A stretch of DNA of 62,821 nucleotides, filler included, from Octopus bimaculoides (taxonomy: Eukaryota): assembly GCF_001194135.2 (NCBI RefSeq). It is 6 parts of 6 records of this genome, joined end to end, with 100 filler letters (N's around TTAATTAATTAA, not from the genome) between each part and the next. Parts side by side here need not be neighbours in the genome. Positions count along the whole stretch, not along the records: positions 18,900 to 34,123 come from NC_068981.1; positions 34,224 to 51,627 come from NC_069000.1; 4 more parts are not named here. The stretch is one strand, 5' to 3'. This document shows, piece by piece, positions 26,802 to 38,271 of the stretch. The notes below the pieces were generated by a model that did no database searches, was not told where the DNA came from, and saw only the letters and a list, made by a program, of their open reading frames with translations. The number at the start of each line of letters is the position of its first letter. The first letter of the stretch is position 1. Made by a program: the position numbers and the translations under genes.

Positions 26802-27051
26802 ATTCCCCACTCCGTACTCCAAAAAGAAATACGTCAGTGTACAAATAGTATGTTCGATCCGGAATGGGACTCTTCGGCGTCGCTATTTTGACGCAGATGA
26901 TTTGGCACAGGTGACTGGACGTTCAGCCTCCTTGACGGCACTAGATTTTGGTGACGGAGGCAAATACACATACGCATACACATAACACATACACACACTC
27001 ATACATACACGCATACACATGACTGCTGAGAAATATACGCAAATAGAAAGA

Positions 27052-27059
<8 letters not shown>

Positions 27060-27082
<23 letters not shown>

Positions 27083-27205
27083 TGGAGTAGAGAGAGAGAG
27101 TGGAATAGAGATAGAGAGAGAGAGAGAGTGGAGTAGAGAGAGAGAGAGTGGAATAGAGATAGAGAGAGAGAGAGGGGAGCAGAGAGAGAGGAGTAGAGAG
27201 AGAGG

Positions 27206-27242
<37 letters not shown>

Positions 27243-27372
27243 TGTGGAGTAGAGAGAGAGAGAGAGTGGAGTAGAGAGAGAGAGAGTGGAGTAGAGAGAG
27301 AGAGAGAGAGTGGAGTAGAGAGAGAGAGAGAGTGGAGTAGAGAGAGAGAGAGAGAGTGGAGTAGAGAGAGAG
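27060..27372. repeat. Compound minisatellite (AG)n-TGGAGT repeats
   Basis: Recurring agagagagtggagtagagag unit with variable AG count. Confidence 0.9.
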
Positions 27373-28057
27373 ACATTCCTATTCATTAATTGAACATGAT
27401 TGACATAAATAGTTACTCTCTCCCCATGCACAAAAAGTAACATGCTAGCATACTTAAACAGAGAGGGAGGGGTGAGAGGGGGTGAGAGACTGAGAGAGAA
27501 AGAGTGAGAGAGAGAGAGAGAGAGACATTATAATTTATTAAATAAATAGGATTGACATAAACAGTTACCCTTTCATCATGCACATAACAGGAACTATGCT
27601 CATACTTAAACAAGGAGAAGGGTGGGAGGNNNNNNNNNNNNNNNNNNNNNNNNNNNGAGAGATAGGGAGGGAGTGAGAGTGAGGGAGAGAATGAGAGATA
27701 GAGAGGGGTGAGAGGGAGGGAGAGAATGACAGGTAGAGATGTTTTGAGAGGGAGGAAGTGAATGAGAGATAGAGAGGAAGAGATACATTACAATTGAAGT
27801 AAATAGTTCCCTCTCCTCACAAATAGCAAAAAAAAAATGCTCTCACGCATAAACACACCAGGAGAATGTGAAAAACATTAAAACATCTGATATCAAACAA
27901 GACAGCGTTGAATCAAATACGCCAAATAAGTGGCACCAGACTGACTGTGCCAAAACGTCTCATACACCGTTCGAGGTACCTTGGATTGTGCTAATCTTGC
28001 TTGGATGATTCCAATTTCTGCGCAACAAATATCAAAGTATTATTAGTTGGAAATCTA

Positions 28058-28276
28058 AGGCAGCAAGTTAGCAGAGCCGTTAGCACGCCGAGCAAAATGA
28101 TTAGCAACATTTCGTCCATCTTTACGTTCTTAGTTCAAATTCTGCCGAGGTCGACTTTGCCTTTCATCCTTTCGGAGTCGATAAATTAAGTACTAGTTGC
28201 GTACTGGGGTCGATCTAATCGACTGGACCTCTCCCCCCAAAACTTTCGGGCCTTGTGCCTAGAATAGAAAAGATTA
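28058..28276 (+). mobile_element. SINE family A
   Basis: Full head, core and tail. Confidence 0.85.
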
Positions 28277-28290
28277 CAATCCATTATTTT

Positions 28291-28374
28291 ATTTGCCCAC
28301 GAAAGTCCAATTAGCCCACGAAAGTCCAATTTGCCCACGAAAGTCCGATTTGCCCACGAAAGTCCAATTTGCCC
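28291..28374. repeat. 19-bp tandem array ATTTGCCCACGAAAGTCCA (about 4.4 copies)
   Basis: Units start at 28291, 28310, 28329, 28348, 28367; no spacers. Confidence 0.9.
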
Positions 28375-28968
28375 GAATTTGGACTAACAAGGTAAAGGAA
28401 CAATTTGAAAGAACCTAAAACCGAGAAGCCAGCATATTATTNNNNNNNNNNNNNNNNNNNNNNNNNNNNNNNNNNNNNNNNNNNNNNNNNNNNNNNNNNN
28501 NNNNNNNNNNNNNNNNNNNNNNNNNNNNNNNNNNNNNNNNNNNNNNNNNNNNNNNNNNNNNNNNNNNNNNNNNNNNNNNNNNNNNNNNNNNNNNNNNNNN
28601 NNNNNNNNNNNNNNNNNNNNNNNNNNNNNNNNNNNNNNNNNNNNNNNNNNNNNNNNNNNNNNNNNNNNNNNNNNNNNNNNNNNNNNNNNNNNNNNNNNNN
28701 NNNNNNNNNNNNNNNNNNNNNNNNNNNNNNNNNNNNNNNNNNNNNNNNNNNNNNNNNNNNNNNNNNNNNNNNNNNNNNNNNNNNNNNNNNNNNNNNNNNN
28801 NNNNNNNNNNNNNNNNNNNNNNNNNNNNNNNNNNNNNNNNNNNNNNNNNNNNNNNNNNNNNNNNNNNNNNNNNNNNNNNNNNNNNNNNNNNNNNNNNNNN
28901 NNNNNNNNNNNNNNNNNGTGGTGGTAGTAGTAGTAGTAGTAGTGGTGATCGTGGTGGTGGTGGTAGTC

Positions 28969-29014
<46 letters not shown>

Positions 29015-29034
29015 CCATGTTGTTGCTGCTGTTG

Positions 29035-29066
<32 letters not shown>

Positions 29067-29423
29067 GGTGTTAACTCGCAGGTCAGCTCTGATCAAGCAG
29101 ATCAATGGCACGTTAAGTTAATTAGTCGGCTGAACGACCAAATACGATGCTGGTTTTTTTAGTTATTCCGATGTTTGTGTCTCGTAGTCAACGTCGTCGT
29201 TTTAGTTGCTGCTGCTGCTGTGTAGCCCAAGTTCAAACTTGACTGACCAGGTATTACTATCAAAGCCATTCCATTCATGACCATCCTTAAAGCGATGATC
29301 CAGCATGGCCGTAATCCATTGACTGAAAACTCAAGAAGAATAAATCCCATCTTTTTTTTTTCTGTTATCGATATGAAGAACTATAATATCGAATATGTAC
29401 TGTCAATATATATAAAGCAGTAT

Positions 29424-29637
29424 AGGCGGCGAGCTGGTAAAATTGTTAACACACCGGACAAAAGGCTTAACGGTATTTTGTCCGTCTTTACATCCCAAGT
29501 TCAAATTCCGCCGAGGTCGACTTTGCCTTTCATCCTTTCGATATCGATAAAATAAGTACCAGCTGAACACCGGGGTCGACGTAATCGATCTGTCCCTCTC
29601 CGAAAATTGCTGGCCCTGTGCCACAATTTGAAACCAG
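29424..29637 (+). mobile_element. SINE family A
   Basis: Full head, core and tail. Confidence 0.85.
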
Positions 29638-30769
29638 TAATATAAAGCAGTCGGTTTAGTTTACAAGTGTTTGTTATTTTCATTTTTGGGAAAGGTGAGG
29701 ACAATTTGGCTGCTATTTTTAGCTTCCTGAACGACCTCAGGACATCCCCTCACTCACAGTGTTGATGGTTGTTTTTGATAATGGTTGAAGGGAATGAGTT
29801 AATTATATTGGTTCCAGTCAGACAAAAACTTCCGAGATAGAAAGATGAGAAAATAATCAATAAAAACATTATAGAGTCCACCAGCTCCGTTTACCCGCCA
29901 CCTCAATCTAATTTTATTTTATAGTTTATTTTATTTCAAGTTTTCATTATTTATTTATTTATTTATTTTTATTCATCTCACTGACTTATCTCTTGTAAAA
30001 TCAGGAAAATTATAGTTCAGTGAAACGATTGTAACAAATATAGTCATTAATATTCTATCCCCTTCTTCCAGCTGGGAGACTGTGACTTCAAGCCATCGGG
30101 GGAGGGGGAGTGAAGATGGGAAAGAGTGGCGGTGGGTGGGGTGAGGTGGTGTCGGGAGTGAGACACCAGGTGGCCATTAGGTCTTGTTGGAAACAACAAC
30201 AGCTAAATATCCCTCCATTTATAATCCTACCCTTTTTTTTTCATCGGGACACATTCTGGTATGTGTTTCTGGTGTTCGCGTTCGCGTCCGCGTTCCGACT
30301 TAGTTGTATCAGGCCGTACGAGACGAAGCCATACGAAACTCTGATTGGAAGTCCGAAGCGCCTTCTGACGTGCAAATCCATAGTCGGAACCAGATGTAGG
30401 GTACGTAGGCCCAATCCACCCGTCTAGTAGGAAAAAAATATAAATAAATAAACAGAATAAAAAAAAAAAAAGCGATAAGGTTAAAGATGGGGACCTTTTA
30501 ATCATAGATCCGTTCGATCAAGTTTGATCTGAAGCAAAGCAACAACAACAAACATAATAATTACAACAACAACTCAGAGAGAAACTTCAACGGGCAGACT
30601 GTGACCAGGCAAACTTAACGTTTATCATTTGACATTTTTGTCTTAATTGGGAATCAATAACCTCCACCCGTCTCTCCGGGCATCTACCCACGCCTTTATC
30701 GCTACACCCATTGCTCTTTCACAGGACTTCCAACATCGGTGTTATTCATTGCTGATATCATCGTCATCG

Positions 30770-30819
<50 letters not shown>

Positions 30820-31510
30820 GTCATCATCATCATCACCATGACCATCATTATCNNNNNNNNNNNNNNNNNNNNNNNNNNNNNNNNNNNNNNNNNNNNNNNN
30901 NNNNNNNNNNNNNNNNNNNNNNNNNNNNNNNNNNNNNNNNNNNNNNNNNNNNNNNNNNNNNNNNNNNNNNNNNNNNNNNNNNNNNNNNNNNNNNNNNNNN
31001 NNNNNNNNNNNNNNNNNNNNNNNNNNNNNNNNNNNNNNNNNNNNNNNNNNNNNNNNNNNNNNNNNNNNNNNNNCTTCATCGCCATTATCCTCCTCCTCAT
31101 TATCATCATCATCATCGTCGTCGTCATCGCCATCACCACATCATCGTCATCCTCAACGACATCCCAAACGTCGTCATTATCATCTCCATCGTCGTTGTCG
31201 TCATCGTCTCTTAATAATAAAGACCAATATAATATAATCACCATTACTGGCCGTAATACTCCACCCCAACATACACACAAACTGACATCCACACCATTAT
31301 CATCATCATTATCATAAATGCTTAAATGCTGTAGCGATTAAGATGAGAAGTGGTTGTTATCATTATTTTCACGTTCCTCACCACCACCGACACCACCACC
31401 ACAATCACCATCGTCCTTCCCATTGTATCTTCAGAATTAGACGCATCGTCAACACCGTCTACATTATTATCATCATCATTTCCACCACCATTACCATAAC
31501 CGTTACCTCC

Positions 31511-31542
<32 letters not shown>

Positions 31543-31679
31543 CAACAACAGCAACACCGCAGCTACTACGGGTGTACTCTTTCTCCTTCTTCCCACAATC
31601 ATCATCATTATCAGCAGCAGCAACGACTTCTTCGTCATGTACATTACCACCACCATTACCGTTGTCATGTGTAACTGGG

Positions 31680-32254
31680 TATACGAGGCATCAGATATAG
31701 TGTGCAAGAGAGAAGACTGCGCTGGTACGGCCATGTAAGGCGTATGAATGAGGACAGTAGCATCGAGAAATGCCGAGTTCTAACTATGGAAATAACATGT
31801 GGATGGGGTTGACCCAGGAAGGCGTGGGAGAAAGTAGTGAGAAAGGATCTTCAGACATTGGGCTTGACAGAGGGGACAGACAAGGGACTTGAGACTCCTG
31901 CCGGTTTGCTGTGCTTAAGAAGACATTTCGAGGTAAGTAAAATCGTGGTTGCTCTTACATACAGGCATATCCCCTGCATGCCTCTTCAGCTGAGTGATCC
32001 CTATCTTGCAGGCTCATGGGTGCCGGGGTCAAGTAAAAAGTACCCATGCCGGCCCCACATAGAAGCACCCGTGCCGGTGCTGCGCAAAAGCACCCAGTTC
32101 ACTCTGTAAAGGGTTGGCGTTAGAAAAGGCATCCAGCCGCAGAAGCCATGCCAAAACAGACATAGAGCCTGGGCAGCGCTTCCGCTAGCCAGCTCCTGTC
32201 AAAGCGTCCAGCCCATTGCCAGCATGGAAAACGGACGTTAAACACAATGATGAT
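31680..32254 (+). mobile_element. RTE-clade LINE 3' fragment (ORF end and 3' UTR)
   Basis: VQERRLRWYGHVRRMNED..G*PRKAWEKVVRKDL; tail gcatggaaaacggacgttaaac..(gat)n. Confidence 0.85.
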
Positions 32255-32720
32255 ATTGATCATCATTGTGTTTAACGTTTTTTGTGATGTCCTGTACCCA
32301 TATATGCTTGTATGTATACATATAGATGTCGGTATGTACATATATGTACGGATATATGCATTTAATTATATNNNNNNNNNNNNNNNNNNNNNNNNNNNNN
32401 NNNNNNNNNNNNNNNNNNNNNNNNNNNNNNNNNNNNNNNNNNNNNNNNNNNNNNNNNNNNNNNNNACTGCGTATATACTGGCAAAAATGCATGTGTGCAG
32501 CAAACATGAAAAACTTGTCTTACCTTGCCAGTATATACGCAGTGAAGCTATACAATAGCGTCGTATTTATATCGATTGCTATTGTCCAGTAAATATCGGT
32601 GCCTTGTTGTACCACTCTTATGGATTTATATATATATATATATATATATGTCTAACTGGGAAGCTCTTCCGTTCAACTCATTGCCAGCATGGAAAACGGA
32701 CGTTAAATGGTAATATTGAT

Positions 32721-32780
<60 letters not shown>

Positions 32781-33320
32781 NNNNNNNNNNNNNNNTAACA
32801 TATAACAAGGCAAATTTAAGCCATTTCTCAGCAGACTGAAAAAAGGAAAACGAACAATCTTAATCGATTTTCGCATCTTATTAGGTTCTCATTAAAGGCG
32901 TCCACATCATTCTGACAAGTCACCATAGAAATAAGCAGCCAAACTGTTTATATACTCAACAAATGCAGCAGTTACTCTGTGAAGGACTCTCTGATTTGTA
33001 TACCGAAAGTGTTTAACACTCCATAAATACCATCGTCCTGTCAACGAGGATTTTAGTTCACATAGTATCGAGGTATAATATAATATATATGTAACATAAG
33101 GTAGAATTATAAACACGGCAATTTGGCTTTAGGTAGCTTAAAGTTCCGTAGGCTCGTCAAACAAACCTATTTCGTCAGATTTGTAGGAACCGTTTTAGGA
33201 GAGTACACGATGTCTTCTGGATATTGGGCTGCCATTGGTCAATGCAGGTCACATGATGTTTTTAATATGGTAGCGAAATCAATACCATTTCTTCTGCTGC
33301 TTCTGCATGATGGTGATGAT

Positions 33321-33351
<31 letters not shown>

Positions 33352-33786
33352 AAGAAGAAGAAGAAGAAGAAGAAGAAGAAGAAGAAGAAGAAGAAGAAGA
33401 AGAAAAAGACACCTACTTCGTCACCATCCATCGCATTATATGTTATTCTGCGCAAACCGAATGAAACTAACACGTGTTAAATACGTAAAAACAAAAATAC
33501 TGCTAATATATATAATCAAGACATTGTTGAGTGTGGATAACTAATTGCTACTGTAACGACACTTGTCTAATTGTGTCTAATAGGGACTTAATTAAAGTGA
33601 TGACGTAAACAATTACGTGGTTGTTAGAAATATAAGGGAGATAATAAATTGTAGTTGCCGTAGAATAGAATTCATGAATGCATGTTCAGAATACACTAAT
33701 GAGATATAATTACTGGGTAATTATATGTATACTGAAAGAAGCCCGTCGTATATATGTATGGTATGTATGTATGCATGTGTGTGTAT

Positions 33787-33886
33787 CTGCGATGGACTGG
33801 CGTCCCGTCCACCTGAGGGGAACACATACGCCATAGAAACCGGGAAACCTGGCCCATGAACCTGGCTAGGCTTTAAAAGGGCGCAT
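33787..33886 (+). mobile_element. SINE segment with a V/Nin(Deu)-type conserved core
   Basis: ctgcgatggactggcgtcccgtcc..catagaaaccggg resembles the conserved central domain of V- and Nin/Deu-SINEs (from recall). Confidence 0.55.
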
Positions 33887-33924
33887 AAATATTAAAAAAT
33901 AAATGTGTGTGTATATGTTTGTGT

Positions 33925-34123
33925 AGCTGTGTTTGTCTCCCCAACATCGCTTGACAACCGATGCCGGTGTGTTTACGTCCCCGTAAGTTAGCGGTTCGGC
34001 AAGGGAGACCGATGGAATAAGTACTAGGCTTACAAAGAATAAGTCCTGGAATCGATTTGCTCGAATAAAGGCGGTGGTCCAACATGGCCGCAGTCAAATG
34101 TCTGAAACTAGTAAAAGAGTACA
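33925..34123 (+). mobile_element. SINE family C body (CpG-retaining copy)
   Basis: ccccaacatcgcttgacaaccgat..gaataagtactaggcttacaaag..catggccgcagtcaaatg. Confidence 0.85.
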
Positions 34124-34223
34124 NNNNNNNNNNNNNNNNNNNNNNNNNNNNNNNNNNNNNNNNNNNNTTAATTAATTAANNNNNNNNNNNNNNNNNNNNN
34201 NNNNNNNNNNNNNNNNNNNNNNN
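34124..34223. other. Synthetic scaffold-join spacer (12-mer at 34168-34179)
   Basis: 44 N + TTAATTAATTAA + 44 N. Confidence 0.95.
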
Positions 34224-34356
34224 ATATATATATATATATATATATATATAGAAAATCACACATGCGCAGGAGATTTTGAAAAATTAAAGCATATAAACAC
34301 AAGTCATGTTTCTATGTAGTGCCTTGTGTTTATATGTTAATCTTGGCTTTCCACAG

Positions 34357-34418
34357 ATGAGAGCCGGCCTTGCAAAATATTTTAATTTGCTTGAAGCCAT
34401 TGGTTCGGAAAATAGATG
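34357..34418 (+). CDS. Candidate internal coding exon (62 nt): MRAGLAKYFNLLEAIGSENR(W)
   Basis: Acceptor tcttggctttccacag, donor TG|gtaaat, only one frame open, ends in phase 2. Confidence 0.55.
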
Positions 34419-34680
34419 GTAAATGTTTTTATTTTTCATTCCTTTTCAAAATTATTTCTAATTGTGGTGTGGAGTTTTGACTGCTCCTTCTAGCAGGTTA
34501 GATGTCCTATTATGGACATCTCTGATGTGTTTAAATGTACACTGTATTTTAAATGAATAATATATAGTCTATTGACTAATTTTTTCTCCTCGCTAGACCA
34601 CTGGTAGCAAATAAAATTTCTAATATTTTTTTGCTACCCTCAGATTTATTAATAATGATAATATATATATATATATATTC

Positions 34681-35530
34681 TTAACCTAACAAAAACCAAA
34701 GTCTCAGTAAATAGGAAGGCTGACAAATCACAAACCCCTTCAGGTAGATGGCCCTGCTTGATCTGTAGGAAAGGCATGGGTTGAAACTCCATACGATCTA
34801 CCCAGTGAAAGCTATAGACACATAAAAGGTGCAACAATAACAAAGGAAGGTTAACTGGGAAGATAGTTTTTGTGTGTGGCAGATGCACCGAGGCAATAAA
34901 CACCATTGATGCACAGAAAACAGATTCCATCATATGCCAGGGGAAGAAACTAGTAGTTGATAGCTTCTGCTACCTAGGCAACCAAATCTGTAGTGGTGGG
35001 TGGTTGCTCTAAGAGTGTAGTAGCTAGAATAAGAATAACCTGGGTAACGTACAGGGAGCTTCTAACTCTGCTGGCAACTAAGTGCCTTTTGCTCAGGATG
35101 AAACGTAGACTGTATGATGCATGTGTGCGAACTGCCATGCTACACACCAGTGCAACATGGGCCATGACTACTGAGGACATGCGAAGGCTTGAAAGAAATG
35201 AAGCTAGTATGTTCCGCTGGATGTGTAATGTCAGTGTGCATACACTACAGAGTGTGAGCACCTTGAGAGAAAAGTTGGACATAAGAAGCATGAAATGTGG
35301 TATGCAAGAGAGACGGCTGCGCTGATATGGTCATGCATTACATATGGATGAGGGCAGGTCTGTGAGGAAGTGCCACACTCTAACTGTGGAAGGAACCTGT
35401 GGAAGAGGTAGACCCAGGAAGACATGGGATGAGGTGGTGAAGCATGACCTTTGAATGTTGGGCATCACAGAAGTAATAACAGGAGATCAAGACCTTTGGA
35501 GATATGCTGTGATCGAGAAGACCTGACAAC
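34681..35530 (+). pseudogene. RTE-clade LINE ORF2 C-terminal fragment (RT end with Cys-rich finger)
   Basis: NLTKTKV..WPCLICRKG..THKRC..VCGRC..VDSFCYLG..RLYDACVRTAMLH..RGRPRKTWDEVVKHDL. Confidence 0.9.
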
Positions 35531-35759
35531 TAAAGTGAGTGTTGCATGTTCGGCCCATTTAAAAGTACTCTTGATGCACCAGGCTGATGGCTGCTGCAAC
35601 TTTAGTTTACAGAAGAAATTAAGAAGAGTAATAAAAAGCCATATGATAGCTAAACTGGAGTATGGTCATATTTTTATATGTTGACACTATATGTATGCAT
35701 ACATACATGTGTGTGTGTTTTTATATGTATGTATGTATGTTTATATTATATATAAATAT

Positions 35760-36022
35760 CTTTTACTTATTTCAGTCTGTGGCTATGCTGGGGCACTGCC
35801 ATGAAGAATTTTAGTCTAACAAATCAAACCTGGTACTTATTCTATCAGTAACTTTTGCCAAATCACTAAATTACAGGTAAGTAAACACAACACCAGGTGT
35901 CAATTATGGTGAGGGCCAAACACAGACACAAAGATGCACACACACACACACAATAGACTTCTTTCACAGTGGAACTGAACCCAGAACTATGAGTTGGGAA
36001 GCAAACTTACCACAGCCACACC
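35760..36022 (-). mobile_element. Degenerate C body plus truncated B head
   Basis: Homology to 10230-10989, CpG-decayed. Confidence 0.65.
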
Positions 36023-36048
36023 TACATATATATATCAGTCATCTTCAT

Positions 36049-37398
36049 CATCATCATCATTTAATGTCTGCTTTCCATGCTGGTATGGGTTGGATGGTTT
36101 GACTGAGGACTGGCAAGCCAGAAGGCTACACCAGGCTCCAATCTGATCTAGGAAAGTTTCTACAGCTGGATGCCCTTCATAACACCAACCACTCTGAGAG
36201 TGCAGTGAGTGCATTTACGTGCCACCAGTACAAGGGCCAGTCAGGCGGTACTGGCAACAACCACGCTTGAATATTGCTTTTCACGTGCCAATGTCACATG
36301 TGCCAGGAAGGCAATGCTGGCAACGGTCACACTGGAATGGTACTTTTTACATGCCACTGGCACGGGAGCCAGACAGCAGTCCTGGCAACAATCACGCTCG
36401 GATGGAGCTTTTAATGTTCCACTGGCACGAGTGCCAATCAGGCGGTACTGTCATCAGCCACATCAGCGATTTTGATTTCACTGGCCTCAACAGGTCTTTG
36501 CAAGCATAGTTCATTGTCCAATGAATGAAGGGTACTCATAAGTGGGCCAGTTATACACCAGCAGCATAGGCCACAGGTGATGGTCTCACTTGACTTGCTG
36601 GGTCTTCTCAAGCACAGCATATCTCCAAAGGTCTCAGTCACTAGTCATTGCCTCAGTGAGGCTNNNNNNNNNNNNNNNNNNNNNNNNNNNNNNNNNNNNN
36701 NNNNNNNNNNNNNNNNNNNNNNNNNNNNNNNNNNNNNNNNNNNNNNNNNNNNNNNNNNNNNNNNNNNNNNNNNNNNNNNNNNNNNNNNNNNNNNNNNNNN
36801 NNNNNNNNNNNNNNNNNNNNNNNNNNNNNNNNNNNNNNNNNNNNNNNNNNNNNAGTGGGCCAGTTATACACCAGCAGCATAGGCCACAGGTGATGGTCTC
36901 ACTTGACTTGCTGGGTCTTCTCAAGCACAGCATATCTCCAAAGGTCTCAGTCACTAGTCATTGCCTCAGTGAGGCTCAATGTTCGAAGGTCGTGCTTCAC
37001 CTCCTCATCGCAGGTCTTCCTGGGTCTACCTCTTCCACAGCTTCCCTCAACTGCTAGGGTGTGACACTTTTTCATATAGCTGTCCTCTTCCATGTGCAAC
37101 ACATGACCATATCAGTGCAGTCGTCTCTGTTGCACACCACATCTGATGTTTCTAATGTCCAACTTTTCTCTCAGGGTGCTTACACTTTGTCATGTATGCA
37201 CACTGACATTACACATCCAGCAGAGCATACTGGCTTCATTCCTTACAATCTTACACATGTCCTCAGCAGTCACAGCCCATGTATCACTGGCATGTAGCAT
37301 GGCTGCTTGTACACATGCATCATACAGTCTACCTTTTACTCTGAGCGAGAGGCTCTTTATCATCAGCAGAAGTAGGAGCTTTCTGAACTTCTTGCAGC
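36049..37398 (-). mobile_element. RTE-clade LINE 3' part (ORF end, repeat-containing 3' UTR, (GAT)n tail), with a gap
   Basis: CKKFRKLL..RLYDACVQAAMLHASDTWAVTAEDM; tail complement catcatcatttaatgtctgctttccatgc. Confidence 0.9.
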
Positions 37399-38125
37399 NN
37401 NNNNNNNNNNNNNNNNNNNNNNNNNNNNNNNNNNNNNNNNNNNNNNNNNNNNNNNNNNNNNNNNNNNNNNNNNNNNNNNNNNNNNNNNNNNNNNNNNNNN
37501 NNNNNNNNNNNNNNNNNNNNNNNNNNNNNNNNNNNNNNNNNNNNNNNNNNNNNNNNNNNNNNNNNNNNNNNNNNNNNNNNNNNNNNNNNNNNNNNNNNNN
37601 NNNNNNNNNNNNNNNNNNNNNNNNNNNNNNNNNNNNNNNNNNNNNNNNNNNNNNNNNNNNNNNNNNNNNNNNNNNNNNNNNNNNNNNNNNNNNNNNNNNN
37701 NNNNNNNNNNNNNNNNNNNNNNNNNNNNNNNNNNNNNNNNNNNNNNNNNNNNNNNNNNNNNNNNNNNNNNNNNNNNNNNNNNNNNNNNNNNNNNNNNNNN
37801 NNNNNNNNNNNNNNNNNNNNNNNNNNNNNNNNNNNNNNNNNNNNNNNNNNNNNNNNNNNNNNNNNNNNNNNNNNNNNNNNNNNNNNNNNNNNNNNNNNNN
37901 NNNNNNNNNNNNNNNNNNNNNNNNNNNNNNNNNNNNNNNNNNNNNNNNNNNNNNNNNNNNNNNNNNNNNNNNNNNNNNNNNNNNNNNNNNNNNNNNNNNN
38001 NNNNNNNNNNNNNNNNNNNNNNNNNNNNNNNNNNNNNNNNNNNNNNNNNNNNNNNNNNNNNNNNNNNNNNNNNNNNNNNNNNNNNNNNNNNNNNNNNNNN
38101 NNNNNNNNNNNNNNNNNNNNNNNNN

Positions 38126-38270
38126 NGTTAGGAAGGGCATCCAGCTGTAGAAACTCTGCCAGATCAGATTGGAACCTGGTGTAGCCATCTGGTTTGCCAG
38201 TCCTCAGTCAAATTGTCCAACCTATGCTAGCATGGAAGGCGGACGTTAAACGATGATGATGATGATGAAT
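38126..38270 (+). mobile_element. RTE 3' tail (or RTE-tailed SINE) in opposite orientation
   Basis: gttaggaagggcatccagctgtaga..gcatggaaggcggacgttaaacgatgatgat. Confidence 0.85.
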
Positions 38271-38271
38271 G

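Noticed and set aside
28291-28374. CRISPR-like repeat
   Set aside because: Units are contiguous with no spacers and no cas genes; eukaryotic context
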